DNA of 64,000 nt from an uncultured Chthonomonadaceae bacterium (GCA_963817895.1 CAWFQB010000006.1:192001-256000); one strand, 5' to 3'; positions 20,021 through 34,640 are shown, counted from the first letter of the stretch. Notes: generated by a model from the letters alone, not told the origin. A program made the numbers and translations.

Positions 20021-21094
20021 GTGACGGCAACACTGGAAGTTGAGGGACGCGCCGTGACGGCGGAGCAGCCGGGGGCGATCCATGCGGACCCTCTCTGCGG
20101 CGATCCCGAAGAAATTTTTGATATAACCATTATCGGCGGCGGCCCGGTCGGGCTGTTCGGCGCGTTTTATGCGGGCATGCGCAGCATGACCTGCAAAATC
20201 ATGGACAGCTTGCCCGATTTAGGGGGGCAACTGGCCGCGCTGTACCCGGAAAAATATATCTACGATATGCCGGGTTTTCCCAAAGTGCTTGCCAAAGACC
20301 TTGTGCGCGATATGATCGCGCAGGCCATGCGCTACTCGCCCGCTATCTGTCTGGGCGAAATGGTCGTGCAGCTACAGCACGAGGCCGATGGAACCATTAC
20401 CATCAGCACCCAAAAGGGATCGCACCGCACCCGTACCGTGATTATCGCATCCGGCGCGGGCGCGTTCTCGCCCAAAAAACTCGTTGCGCCCGGACTTGCC
20501 GAGTTCGAGGAACGCGGCGTCCACTACTTTGTGAAAGACAAAAGCCACTTTCACGGCCACAATCTGCTGATCGTCGGCGGCGGCAACTCCGCGCTGGATT
20601 GGGCCATGAATCTGGAAGAGCATGCCGACAAAATCACCCTGATTCACCGCCGGGATGTGTTCAAAGCGCATGAGGACAGCGTGGATTGGCTGCTGAACCG
20701 CTCCAATGTGGAAACGCTGCTATTCCATGAAATGGCGCGGGTCGAGGGCGATGACGCGGTACGCCGCGCCGTGATCTACGACAACCGCACCAAAGAAGAG
20801 AAAGTTCTGGAAATTGACGGCGTGTTGGTGAATTTGGGCTTTAATACCGACATCGGCCCGATCCGCGAATGGGGCATTACGCTGGAGGGCAAGGATATTG
20901 TCGTCAACCAGTACATGCAAACCAACCTGCCGGGCGTGTACGCTTCCGGCGACATCACCTCCTACCCCGGCAAATTGAAACTGATCGCGACGGGCGTGGG
21001 CGAAATCTGTACCGCCGTGTATCACGCCAAAACCGTGATTGATCCCAACATCAAGTTCAAGCAGGTCCATAGCAGTAATATGGAGATGAAGTAG
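20021..21094 (+). CDS. Ferredoxin--NADP+ reductase, thioredoxin-reductase-like (YumC type)
   Basis: IIGGGPVG, GGQLAALYPEKYIYDMPGF, VGGGNSALD, HRRD.F, GDITSYPGKLKLI; no CxxC. Confidence 0.92.
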   Translation: MTATLEVEGRAVTAEQPGAIHADPLCGDPEEIFDITIIGGGPVGLFGAFYAGMRSMTCKIMDSLPDLGGQLAALYPEKYIYDMPGFPKVLAKDLVRDMIAQAMRYSPAICLGEMVVQLQHEADGTITISTQKGSHRTRTVIIASGAGAFSPKKLVAPGLAEFEERGVHYFVKDKSHFHGHNLLIVGGGNSALDWAMNLEEHADKITLIHRRDVFKAHEDSVDWLLNRSNVETLLFHEMARVEGDDAVRRAVIYDNRTKEEKVLEIDGVLVNLGFNTDIGPIREWGITLEGKDIVVNQYMQTNLPGVYASGDITSYPGKLKLIATGVGEICTAVYHAKTVIDPNIKFKQVHSSNMEMK

Positions 21095-21371
21095 GCAAAA
21101 ATTCTTTTTTCTTTTTTCTGCAAACAGGCAGGAATATCGTCGTTCGATACGCAATAATAGTCCCGGTTGGATTGCGCCTGCAAGAATACCGGCGCAGATG
21201 GTCGCCTTCCCCTCAAAATGGCGCGGCAGCGGCCTACAGCTGTCAAGGGTAGTGTTTCCGTTCCACATAGGTTTGTTTTAACTGAGGAAACAAAGGGTTG
21301 CCGCAATTCTCCCGATACCGCGCGGCAATTCTGCACTTTTAACCGCCTCCATGATCTCAAGAGAGGAGAAG

Positions 21372-24369
21372 ATGTCCGTTATGCCACGCACTCATGCCGG
21401 TTCACAATCGAAACCGGAAACATCACGCGCCCCGAAACGCAGCCTGCTGCTGCCGGGACTGGCCGCATGCTCATTGTTGAGCGTGTTCGCGCTGTCACAG
21501 GTGGCCGCTCAGGTTGTCAAGCAGGGGACTGCAAAAGGAGCCGCAATCGCGCCTCCCGGCTCTATACCTGTTATTGGCACACCGATTATCATTGGGGGCG
21601 GCAATGTGCCGCTGCCTGCCGGCCTGAAAGTCACTACCGAACGCTACAGCAATGCGCGCGCCGGCACCAACAATCAGGAAACCGCGCTCGCGCCCAATAA
21701 TCTGGTTGTGGGCGGCGCCAATAAAACTCAGGCGTTCGCCAAACTGTTCACGTATACGGTGGATGGCCTGATTTACGGCGAACCGCTGTATGTGCAGAAC
21801 CTGCCCGTTACCAACAACATTGGGATCACCACCACGCACAACACGGTTTTCGTTGCCACCAACAACAACAGCGTGTATGCCTTTGACGCCGATTCCATTA
21901 CCAGCAATAACGGCGGCCCGCTGTGGCATACCAGCTTCAACGTGCCGGGAGCAGGCTCGACCCCGACCAACGGCAACGACGTGACAACCATATTCGGCTT
22001 CCCGCAGGCCGACATACAGCCGCTCATCGGCATCGTCGGCACACCCGTTATTGACGAAAACAGCGGCACTATGTATGTGGTGGCGCGCACGACGGAGGGC
22101 ACGAACTATGTCCACCGCCTTCATGCCATTGATGTACGCACCGGGCAAGAGCATCTGAACAGCCCCGCGCTTGTCGGACAGTTTCAGGACCCGTTCAGCG
22201 GAGCCATATCGCCCATCACTGTACCCGGAACCGGCGACGGCTTTGATGGCAATGGCAATATCGCGTTCGACACGCTGGAGCAAAATCAGCGCGCCGCGCT
22301 GACGCTGGTAAACGGCGTGGTGTATGTGGCTTACGGCTCCTTCGACAACTCGCCGCCCTATCATGGATGGGTATTCGGCTATAATACGGCCAGCCTGCTG
22401 TCAAGGCCCTCCGTGTTCTGTACCACGCCCAACAACGTAACCAGCAACGGCTTCTTTCCCCAGCCAACGGGCGGCGGCATTGACATGGCCGGAGTGGGCA
22501 TGGCGACCGATGGCACCAGCCTGTATTTCACAACCGGGTTGGGCGCGTCCGGCAATCGCCCGGTCGCCCCCGGCGAACATGTGCAAAGCATCCTGAAACT
22601 CCCGTTCACGCTCACCGATACGGACCCGAACTTCGGCTTTTTCCAGCCGAACAATTATGTCAGCCTCAGCACGGCGGGGCAGGATTTGGGAACCGGCGGC
22701 GTCGCGCTGCTGGACACCGTCATTCCCGGCCACCCCAACGCGATGATTACGGCAGGGCAGGAGGGTAAAATCTACCTGCTGGATCGCAGCAATCCGGGTG
22801 GGAATTTACCCCAGGACATGGGCGCAATCCTGACCCTGCCCAATATCGCCAACCCCGCGCCTGCTTTGCTGGGACCAAGTTACGGAGCGCCGACGGTCTA
22901 CACCGACAACACCGGCCAAACTCCAGTTACCAGAGTGTTCTTCCATGCGGCCGGCGACGTAGTTCGCGGCTTCACCCTGGATCCCACCGCCGTTGCGCCA
23001 ACGCCCTTTTTGCGGCTCGACGCGCGAGGCACGGATGCCAACGGGCAGTTCCTGCTGTATGATTTCCCAGGCGCGCAGTCGTCCATTTCGTCCACGCCAA
23101 ACGGCGCGAACGCGCTGCTGTGGGAACTCCAGCCCATTCCGGCTTCCAATCCCGATCCTACACAGGGCAATCTGAACCAGGAGCGATACGCGCTGCTTCG
23201 AGCGTACAAAGTCGGCAGAAACACGGACGCGGATACGCTGAATGAGGTGTATAACAGCAACCTGAAGGGCGGCGGAGCGGACAACATCGGCGACTACGTG
23301 AAATTCACGCAGCCTATGGTTGCCAATGGCAAAGTCTACGTTACGGCAGCCGCGCCGACAAAGTTCGATCCGGGCGGCTCCACCGCCTTCCCACAGGGCC
23401 GTCTGGTCGTCTTCGGTCTGACGAAGGTGCAGTCGGGAACGCCGATTCTGGGGCAGGGACTGCATTACCAGCTTTCCGGGCCTGTGGGCTGGACGGCGTT
23501 CAGCTCCAACAACCGCATTCCCACTCCTGTCGGACCGGGGATCGCCATTTTTGGCGCGCCGGGACTCGGCACTGTTGAAATCAACCGCGCCTACTCCTAC
23601 AGCCTGACCGCGCTGGACGGCAACAACCAGCCCCAGGCGATTACGGGCAGCGTGAACCTGGTGCTGACAGACCAGTTTACGGGGAGCAAACTATCCCTGG
23701 GATCGGCGTCGTTCAACAACCAGTCCTACATCACATTCAGCAAAACCATCACCACGTCGAGCATCTTCACGATGCAGGCGCTGGACTCCAAAGGCAACAC
23801 GTCGCAAAACTACCCGAACCTTGGGGACATTCCTTACATCCAGGTCGTGGGGGCAATCACCACGGGATTCTGATCGGTTCAACCTGCGAATGCCGACTTC
23901 GGCGCGCGCCGGACAGTTGACAAATGTGACGGTAACGCCGGTTACCTACAGTGGACTCCCAACATTCACCCGAACCACTGTGGTTATCTATGATACGGTA
24001 CCAAATGGCGCGCAAGACTTCTCGCTGCCTTCTGATCTTGATCCAACGGATGGCTTCGGCTTCCCGAACACGCCGCCCTACGAGCCGATCCTGCCAAGCC
24101 CGCCGTATCCGACGCCACACTCGCAGGCGCCTTTGAGCGATCTTCATTTCGCTTACGAACTGCAGTATGGCATCGCGGATTTCGCGACAACGCCCGGCTT
24201 GCCCATCGGTATCTTCGACAATGGCGGCATTTTGGGCACGAATTACCCGAATATCAACGGTTCAGGAACGTACCCCTGCGTCTTCAACGGCGTCGGCCAG
24301 CACGTTGTCATTGTCTACGACGGGGTATCCGGGCAGATGACCACAGGCGTTATCAATATCACGCCGTAG
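21372..24369 (+). CDS. Large secreted PQQ-like beta-propeller protein with Ig-like C-terminal region (frameshift near 23870)
   Basis: Signal peptide; VTTERYSNARAG, NSVYAFDAD, GIVGTPVID, QNQRAALTL, YHGWVFGY, KFTQPMVANGKVYV. Confidence 0.8.
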
Positions 24370-24388
24370 TGCGAGCAACCACACTCCA

Positions 24389-24430
24389 ACCCCTCTCCTG
24401 TCGCGTTTCGCGGCGGGAGAGGGGGTTTTT
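24389..24430 (+). terminator. Probable rho-independent terminator between convergent genes
   Basis: acccctctcctgtcgcg-ttt-cgcggcgggagagggggt followed by a T run. Confidence 0.7.
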
Positions 24431-26704
24431 ATGTCGGGCAGTTGCGGCGTTCGTCAGGGTGGATACGGTCTATGGCAAATGTAGAACCGGGCTGCGATTT
24501 CACCTGCCGAAGCAGGGTTTCGCGCCTCGTCCAGCATGGGCGCGAGGCAGGCAAAGCGGCGCGAACGGTTGGTGACGACGGCGATACGGCAGGCGAGCAG
24601 GGGAACATGGCGCGTGTTGCCGCTGCGCTCCGTCACCATCATGCTGCCGCTTCGCGCCTGTTCCGGCGAATAAAACAGGGGCAGGCTGGCAGGCAAACTC
24701 CCGCAAAACCGTTTCACACGCGGCTGCCGCTTTGTCGGGCGGCATCAGCATCACGAAATCGTCCCCGCCCAGGTGCGCCAGAAACGTTTCCGATTCTTCC
24801 GCCGCGCCGTCAGAGGACTGTTCGCCGGGCGCGGATTGTAACAGGGACGCCAGCGAACGAATCACGCTGTCGCCATGCGGCAGGCCATAAGCGCGATTGT
24901 ACAATTCCAGACCTGTTAAATCAATACGCGACAAGCGCGAGGGGACGCGCGACTCCAAACGTTCCCCTATCGTCTGCTCCAGCACGACCCGACTCGGCAG
25001 GCCGGTAAGCGGATCGGCATACAGGCTGCGGTTAGTCTGTATAGTGGTTACGGCTTCCATCAGGACGCGCATGGGCAGAACGCCCGCGCACAGGCCCGCG
25101 CTGTCCACAACTACAATGTCGGTGTCCAGGCTTAACTCGCTGCGGGTTGTCGCCTGCCGCGCCACGTCCACCGCCGCTTCTTCTTCCCCCGCGCATAGCA
25201 TGTGGTCTGCATCCACTGCGCCACCGTTTCGTCGGGAATCAGATCGTCCATACGCGCCGAGCGCGCCAGCTCCAGAATGTGTTCCAGGCTCTGGCGCATC
25301 AGCAGGCCGCGCGCCAAACCCTCCTCCACAACCACAACGCTCGTCAAACTGGCATTCTTATAAAAGGCCGTCGCCGCTTCCGCCAGGGGAGTGGAGGGGA
25401 GCATGGTTTTCGCGGTTCGCGCCAGCGCGCCCACTGTCACGCCCCGCCCCGCCTCCATCTGTACGCGCTGCCGATGCCGCGCCTGAATAAATTCGCGCGT
25501 TTCCCGCGTCACGCCGCGGAAATTATCGGCAGGCTTGCCCATCAGATAGCCCTGCCCATACGTTACGCCCATGTCAATCAGCGTCGCCAGTTCCTCGCGG
25601 GTTTCCGAACCCTCCGCCAGAACATGCGTTCCGATGTTGCGCGCATAGCCGAACAAGCGCGGATAGAAGAGCGCGGTGCGCCCCGTTGACATCCAGATTG
25701 CGCACAAGGGCGCGGTCTATCTTGACGAAATCGGGGCGCAGTTCCGCAATGGCATGCAGGCTGTTGTAGCCCGCGCCCGCGTCGTCTATGGCGATTTTGA
25801 ATCCCTGCTCCCGCAGCTTTTCCAGCGAGTGCATCAGGCGCGGAAAATCGTCTACGGCCTGCCGCTCCGTAATTTCAACCACGATGCTTGCCGGGTTCAG
25901 CCCGCACTCGCGGGCGCGGGCGGCCAGCGGACGCTCATGCATGTCCATAAAGGCCAGCCCCTCCGCCTCCATGTTGATAAACAGATGATGCCGCAATCCC
26001 TGCTGCGCGGCGCGGGCGAAGCACTGCTCCTGGCAGGCCAGATCGAACCACGACACCATACGCGCCTTTTCCGCCGCGCGATACAACGCGCCGGGACGCC
26101 GCAACATCCCCCCTTTCGGCCCGCGTATCAGCGCCTCATACCCGAAAATCTGCCCATCGCGCAAAGTGACAATGGGCTGAAACTGCGCGTGAAGCTGCTT
26201 GTTGACGATGATATGGAGCAGGGCGTTGAGTTCCGAAATGTTGTCTTCCATATCGGTCATTGCCTGTAAGGGAGCAATAGGCGTCAGCGTGAACAGGGGA
26301 AGTGGAGGGGCGGTGGAGAGTGGCGGCAAATCAAAGCCATTGTCCGCGCGCCAGCCGGCATTCCAGACGTTCGGCAAACGCGCGCCGCAGGGAGTGGACG
26401 CGCAGAGATTGCCCCGGCTGATCGGCGTTCGCGTCCATATCCAGCGCAACCGCCCATGTGTTGTCCAGCAGGGGCCAGATTTGCGCCTGCGCGGATTCCA
26501 TCAGGGATTGATGCAGATATTTATCCAGGCGCGCGGCGTTGAGCCAGCCGGCAGTGTTTGCTTCCGCCCGGCAGACAAAAACAACGTTGTTCAGCCGGAG
26601 CGCGTCCAGCAGGCGTTCCATCGGCTCCGCATGAGCGGCGGGAACAGGAAACGTTTGCGCAAAAGCAGGAAGCAAATGCGACCTCAAGTATCGTAAGCAG
26701 TCAC
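24429..26704 (-). CDS. EAL-CBS-GGDEF c-di-GMP protein (several frameshifts; start uncertain)
   Basis: FQPIV...GYEALIRG, VEITE, IAIDDAGAGY, VKIDR, AEGSET, GQGYL; CBS-like middle; ADPLTGLP, LGGDDF. Confidence 0.88.
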
Positions 26705-26723
26705 AGCGATAACATCCTTGATA

Positions 26724-26880
26724 GAAGATAGGAGATAGGAGATAGGAGATACGAGATACAAGTGCGGGTGATTATCGGCTAGTTCCTAATCGGTGATTAG
26801 TGGTGTACTGTAGTCCCTGTAACCCGTAACGACGGCACATCCCTATGCATCGCATCTTGATATCCAATATCTCCTATCTC
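26724..26880. repeat. Degenerate inverted repeat with GAGATAG heptamer arms
   Basis: gaagataggagataggagataggagatacgagata (26724-26758); degenerate complementary arm ending tatctcctatctc (to 26880). Confidence 0.7.
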
Positions 26881-26883
26881 CCC

Positions 26884-26914
26884 CTTGACAATGGTACACT
26901 CAAATAGGTATACT
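26884..26914 (+). promoter_or_regulatory. sigma70 promoter of dnaK overlapped by a HAIR (HspR operator)
   Basis: TTGACA(26885)-18 bp-TATACT(26909); CTTGACA-N7-ACTCAAA matches the CTTGAGT-N7-ACTCAAG consensus at 11/14. Confidence 0.8.
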
Positions 26915-26991
26915 AATCTTGAAGTAAGGTAACACACACACTATTCGACAATAAGATACGAACAACATTGAGGACGGGCGCGAAACCATAA

Positions 26992-28910
<1,919 letters not shown>

Positions 28911-28915
28911 AGGGG

Positions 28916-29028
28916 CGAGATACGAGCATACGAGATACGAGGAGACATTGCTGACTGGCTTGTTCCTGTTAGGGAATAAAGGCAAGCATTGCAGTTCCTT
29001 GTATCTCGTATCTCGTATCACGTATCTC
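28916..29028. repeat. Inverted repeat with GAGATAC heptamer arms between dnaK and dnaJ
   Basis: cgagatacgagcatacgagatacgag and gtatctcgtatctcgtatcacgtatctc. Confidence 0.85.
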
Positions 29029-29038
29029 CGGGGGAAGC

Positions 29039-30127
29039 ATGAGCAAAGACTATTATAAAACGCTCGGCGTGGCGAAAACGGCCTCGGCGGAAGAGATCAA
29101 AAAAGCGCACCGCAAGCTCGCCCGGAAGTTTCACCCCGATTTGAATCCGGGCGACAAAAAAGCGGAAGACAAGTTCAAGGAGATTCAGGAAGCCTACGAC
29201 GTGCTTTCCGACGAAGACAAACGCGGCAAGTACGATCAGTATGGCGATCAGTGGGAACAGGTCGGGCAGGGGTTTCCGCCCGGCGGAACCGCTACGGGGC
29301 GGCGGTTTTGACGGCGGTCAGCCCTTTGGCGGCGGCAATGTGGGCGAAAGCGGCGTCAATTTCCAGGACATTTTTGAACACATGTTCGGGGGCGGGCGCG
29401 CGACAGTCGCCGCGAGATGCGTTTAGTTCGCGCGCTGCCAGTCCAGCCCGCGCGACTTCTTTTCGCCGTCCCTCCGCCGCGCCCGCCGAAGACATTGATT
29501 TCGGGCTGGATATTACGCTGGAAGAGGCGTACAGCGGCGTCACGAAACGCATCAACGTCACGGTGGAGGATGTATGCCCGGAGTGCGAGGGGTTGGGACA
29601 GAAACGCAACAGCAAAGGCCAGATTGACCTGAGCAATGCAGCGGCTTGTCCGCGCTGTCGGGGAAGCGGGCGCGTGGCCTCGCCGCGCAGCAGCTCAGAT
29701 CAACATTCCTGCCGGGGCGTGGGACGGCATGCGCTCCAAAATGGCGGGTATGGGTGCCGCGGATGCGCGCGGACGGCGGGGCGACCTGTACGTGCAATTG
29801 CACGTTCTGCCGAATGCGAAATTCGAGCGCGACGGCCAGAACCTGCTGTTCGACGTTACCGTACCCTACACGGTTGCCGCGCTGGGCGGCGAAATAGATG
29901 TGCAAACACTGGACGGACAAACGCGGCAGTTGGTGGTTCCGGCCGGAATACAAACAGGCCAGAAGATGCGCTTGAGCGGCAAGGGGATGCCGGCCCTGCG
30001 CGACCGCAAGACCGGCGATGCGTTTGCCCGCGTCAAGATCGCCGTGCCCCGCGACCTGACCGACCAGGAACGCGACCTGCTGACGCAACTCGCCCGCCTG
30101 CGCAACGATCCGGTGAGAAGCAAATAG
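29039..30127 (+). CDS. dnaJ: DnaJ-class co-chaperone (frameshifted)
   Basis: J-domain with HPD, G/F region, CPECEGLG and CPRCRGSG, C-terminal GDLYV...ALGG...LSGKGMP. Confidence 0.9.
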
Positions 30128-30132
30128 GCAGT

Positions 30133-30252
30133 GTGTCAGGTGTCAGGTGTCAGGTGTCAGGAAGAGTTGCTGCCTGCCTCAAATTGATACCTTGCATGGA
30201 GGGCGCGGAAGTGGTTCTTTTCTGACACCTGACACCTGACACCTGACACCTG
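30133..30252. repeat. Inverted repeat with (GTGTCAG)4 / (CTGACAC)4 arms between dnaJ and hspR
   Basis: 30133-30161 and 30222-30252. Confidence 0.92.
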
Positions 30253-30269
30253 CTCCGAAGGAGCCTATT

Positions 30270-30618
30270 ATGTCGGCGCACCACAACACAGAACCGGTAT
30301 ATATGATTGGCGTTGTGGCTTCTTTGACCCAGATGCATGCGCAGACCATTCGCCTGTATGAAAAAAAGGGACTGGTGATGCCACAGCGCAAAAACAAAAA
30401 TCGGCTGTACTCCGAGTCGGACGTGGAACGGCTGCGGCAGATTCGGCGGCTGACGCAGGAGATGGAAGTGAATCTGGCAGGCGTGGAGATCATCCTCGAT
30501 CTGCTGGAACCGCATGGAAACCCTGCGCGCCGAGCGCGATGAACTTGCGGATCGCAGCCAGCAGATCGAAACGCGCATCCGCGAGTACCTGGCGCAGCAC
30601 GGCGGCAAATTCCCGTGA
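30270..30618 (+). CDS. hspR: MerR-family heat-shock repressor HspR (frameshift near 30510; end approximate)
   Basis: PVYMIGVVASLTQMHAQTIRLYEKKGLV.PQR...RLYSE.DVERLRQIRRLTQEMEVNLAGVEIILDL; last gene of the dnaK operon. Confidence 0.88.
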
Positions 30619-31090
30619 CTGGAGCAGATGCCGCCCCTGCCCCCCGGACACCCGGAACGCGACCTGCTGCCGCCCGCCCTGCGCATCCCGAAAGCAGATC
30701 GGCCCCGCGCCCATCATCCTGCCGCCGCACCGCGCGAAGAAAAAAGAACCACGAGAGGAGACGAGGAGAAGACGGAGAAGAGGCAGAAGTGAACCGCGAG
30801 GGACGCACGAGTGAACGAAGTAAGGAAGAAACAGAGGATACAGGCAAACTGGACGAAGCTTCTGGTGGCCATAACTTGCCCTTGCCTCCTTCAGTTCCAG
30901 TGCTCTCTTTCGTTTCTTTCGTGTGTTTCGCGCTTTCTACCTCCTCTTCTCCTTTTCTCCTGTTCCCCGTTTTCTCCGTGTTTCTATTTTCTTCCTCATG
31001 TAACCTTTTCGCCGGAGGGCGCGTCAAATGCGCGGAGTGGTTGCTGCGTTGCTTTTCGGCAGGGAATGAGGCTTTGGATGGTGAGCCAGG

Positions 31091-31816
31091 ATGTCTGCGC
31101 GCGAACGTGGAAAACGGGCTGGGGAAGCCGGGAGAACGGGGAACAGCGCCCTGACAACGGATGATGACGGAGAACTCGTCGCCCGCTTTTTGCGCGGCGA
31201 AACGGCTGCGTTCGATAGCCTGTTTGCGAAATATCAGGACTATGTGTATCATATCGTCTTCGGCATTGTGGGCAGCGCGGAAGAGTCGCGGGATTTGACG
31301 CAGGAGGTGTTCGTGCAGGTGTACCGCTCGCTGCCGCAGTTTCGGGGCGGGGCGCGGTTCGCGACGTGGCTGTACCGTATTGCGGCCAATCGGGCGGTGG
31401 ACGCGGCGCGGGGTTCGCGGCGATGGCGCTTTTTGCCCCTGCTGGACGCGCCCGGACTTGCGGAACGCCGGGCCGATGCCGATCAGGAGCCGGAAGCGCA
31501 GTTCGAGCAGCGCATGGAGCGCGAAGATATTCAGCAGATTTTGATGCAGTGCCCGCTCGGACACAGACAAATATTAGCCCTGCGCTACTATCAGGATTTG
31601 TCGCTGGAAGAGATCGCGGACGTGCTGGAATGTTCGCTGTCCGCCGCCAAAGTGCGCCTGCATCGGGCGCGAATTGTATTCAAGAATTGTTATGTGGCGG
31701 CAAAGGGCGAATCTGCCCTTTGCGCGCAAAGCGGCTCCCCTGTCGGAAGTGGAACAGCGGCGGCGCGGGCACAAAGAGGGGAATGGAGGGCGATGATGCG
31801 AACCACGCGGCACTGA
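31091..31816 (+). CDS. ECF RNA polymerase sigma factor
   Basis: DLTQEVFVQVYRSL..FRG.ARFATWLYRIAANRAVD; region 4 LSLEEIADVLECSLSAAKVRLHRAR; start uncertain. Confidence 0.92.
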   Translation: MSARERGKRAGEAGRTGNSALTTDDDGELVARFLRGETAAFDSLFAKYQDYVYHIVFGIVGSAEESRDLTQEVFVQVYRSLPQFRGGARFATWLYRIAANRAVDAARGSRRWRFLPLLDAPGLAERRADADQEPEAQFEQRMEREDIQQILMQCPLGHRQILALRYYQDLSLEEIADVLECSLSAAKVRLHRARIVFKNCYVAAKGESALCAQSGSPVGSGTAAARAQRGEWRAMMRTTRH

Positions 31817-33105
31817 CAACAATCAATCGAGCGGCAAACCCTCGCCTGCCTGCCGGCACATTCAGCGGAAGTTGCCGCTGTTTCTGGACGGGGAATTGTC
31901 CACGCGGGAAGCGCGGGAGCGTTACGCGCCACTTGTTGACTGCCCGTTATGTCAGCGCGAAAGGGAACAATGGCGGCAGTCGGAGCAGGCGCTTGCCGGG
32001 GCGCGGCAACACATTCCTGCGGCAGGCGACCTGCGAACGGGATTTTACGCGCGTCTTGTCGAAACTCCGGTTTCTCGTCGTCGCGTTTCCGCGCATTGAC
32101 TGGCGCGTGGCCGTGCCTGCCCTTGCCGCGTGTGGCCTCGCGTTCGGCTGGCTGACGTGCAAGAATTCCGCTGCGCCTGCCATGAACGCGAGCGCGACTT
32201 TCGCATCTTCGCCCGTTCCACATTCGCAAATAGCGCAGGCGAGTAATCCGACTCCTAACGCGGTTACTGCAAACAAGCCTGCCGGAAGCGCGTTTCCAGA
32301 CTTCGGCTTTATGGGTGGCAATCCCGCTCATATCCCCCTGTTCGATACTTCTAAAGCGGTCGCCCTCAGTAGGAATAAGAGGGCGGAGCAGGAATTGAGA
32401 AAGCGCATGGGGCAGCAGGTCGCGTTGTTCGCCCCGCATCACCAACGGGCCGAACGTGGAAATGTGTTAAAATCGCGCCGTCTCGCCGCCGTTGAGCCGT
32501 TCGCATTGTATTACAAAATGACCAAACCAGCTGACGTTTCTGCCGGACTTTTAGCAGAAAAGAATACTGGCCGTACCCGTCGGCAGAATAGTTATTCGTT
32601 CGGCGAGTTTCACCCCGAAGCCAACTGGCAACTCTCGCTGCAAAGAAGCAAGTCTACGGCGCAAAGGAATACAGATACGCTGGCAAAGACAACGAACCTC
32701 GATACCGTCAGTAAAATGAGCGACAATAATTTCCGTTACCTTGCGTCTGCGGCAAAGTCAAAGCAGAAAGAGGAGTTGAAGGAACCATTTTTGTTGCCCT
32801 CCGGCGCGCGGGATACTCCTGCCGACGCCAATGGATTTCATGAGTTCGCGCTCGGCCTGAACGACTCCACGCGCCGTAGTTTTCGGGGCGATAATCGTGG
32901 ATTGGCATGGGGGGCTGCTCTTGGTGAAAACGAAGATATGTATTTGGAGGTCGAGGATACAAAGCGCGGATTTACCAGCCGCACACGCTTTGCCAGCCGG
33001 GTTCAGGAGCAAAACGGCCAGCGCGTGTTGATTATCGAGGCCGAAGACGCCGCGCCGAGCGCCACCGGCGAGCCGCAATCCCTACCCGTTTCGGAGCCAA
33101 AATGA
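31793..33105 (+). CDS. Putative zf-HC2 anti-sigma factor (frameshifted; start approximate)
   Basis: C..IQRKLPLFLDGELS...CPLC zinc-finger-like N-terminus, one TM helix, directly after the ECF sigma. Confidence 0.7.
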
Positions 33106-34557
33106 GATTGAATGTCGCATTGATACAAATAACAGGAACGCTGTTGCTATTGGGAATGTTGCATACGTCCTCGTTCGCCGCGCCGGAAGCGTTGAATACC
33201 ATCGCGCTTGCCATGCCGGGTGCAACGGAAAAGCAGGCCGGGGCGGAAAACCAGAATGTTACGCCGCCCGCGACCGTGAGCGTGTTGCAGGTCACAGGCA
33301 CGACCAACGTTTTCACCATTTCCGCGCAGCATGCCGATGTTCTCAGCCTGCTGAAACTGGTTTTCGATCAGTCGCATCGGCAGTTTGTACCCGATGCGAG
33401 CGTAACCGGGGACGTGACATTCGCGCTGTCGGGGCAACGCTTCGATACGGTTCTGGCGTCCATTTGCAGGCAGACATTTTTACGGTACGAGGTGGACAAA
33501 CAGGGCATTTACCAGTTCCGCCGCGATGAGGAGGGGCTGCGCAATCTGCTGCTGAAAACGCAGGCCATCAACAACGTGCTGTCGGAACAACTGCGGCGCA
33601 TGGGGTACGCGGTTCCGTCTGTTCAGTTCGGCGCGAATGAAGCAAGCCGGGGCCGCGCCCTGAGCAGTTCGCAGGCCGCGCCGGGAGCGGCAGCCAACAG
33701 TGGAACTGGCGCGGGACAGCGTGGCGGGTTTGGCGGGGGCGGTGGTTTTGGCAGAAACGATTCGGGCTACGCGGGCGGGCAGGGGGCGAATACTCCGGGT
33801 TCGTCTCAATCTTCTGGTGATATCATTGCCGGCAGGCGCAGCGCCGACATCGGCAAGGATGAGCGGGGCGACAATGCGAACGCCAAAATTATGGCGCGTC
33901 GCAAGCCTGACGATCAGAGCGGCGTGGAGGGTTCGCAAAAACCTTCGCCGGTGAATGGCGCGGGCGCGGAACCCGGCCCCTCCGGTTCAGCCGGACAATC
34001 TACCGCGCCGGGAACGAACCGGCAGGCGGCAGGAATTTATCAGGACGGGCAGGCAGGCGTACGCGGCCCCGCGCCATCTGATCTCGAATTCGCGACTACC
34101 GGGCAGTACCAGACGTTTATGAAGCAGAACAATCTCGTCGCCATCAACACGCGGGGCGAAAAAGTGCCGGTGCTGCAAGTTTTGGCCGATCTGAGTCGGC
34201 AAGCGAATGTTCCAATACTCGTAGACCCGGACGTGCCAAAAGGCAAAGAGTTTGTCGTCAGCGCGTCGATTCCTGCCTGCCCCCTGAATGTGATGCTGAA
34301 CTATCTGGGGTAATGGCCTGCGTTTGGAGTGGCGCTGGGTGAATAACCGTATCTACATCACAACCACGCCGGAACTTCAGCCGTACCTGCGTGGCATCCC
34401 GCTTCCCGCTCCCGGCAACGGCGGCAATATCGGGAACGGCATCACCATTCTGCCCCGACGCTCGGCGTCGCCGCAAAATCAGGTGCCGCAAAAGAAGTCC
34501 GAAGACACCGAAAAGGGCAAAGAGGATAAAAAGGACAGCAAAGGCGCAGGCGGCTAA
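33102..34557 (+). CDS. Secreted protein with two STN/secretin-N-like domains and a Gly-rich linker (frameshift near 34310)
   Basis: Signal peptide; ADVLSLLKLVF...VTGDVTFAL...FDTVLASI and VLQVLADLSRQANVPILVDPDV...LEWRWVNNRIYI; ATGA overlap with the previous gene. Confidence 0.6.
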
Positions 34558-34640
34558 AAAAAGTATAGACTATTTCCTGCGCATAGATTGTTTTCTGCTT
34601 GAAAATGTGCTATACTACATTCAAATAGGGTAACGCTTTT

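Noticed and set aside
21095..21370. Riboswitch or tRNA upstream of the large secreted protein
   Set aside because: No recognisable aptamer consensus or cloverleaf was seen by eye; an Rfam search would be needed.
30133..30252. CRISPR array interpretation of the short tandem repeats
   Set aside because: Units are 7-9 bp and contiguous, with no repeat-spacer alternation and no cas genes.
30615..31154. 179-aa ORF after hspR
   Set aside because: It mostly translates purine- and pyrimidine-rich low-complexity tracts (about 30740-31000) that look like decayed periodic arms; no domain is recognisable.
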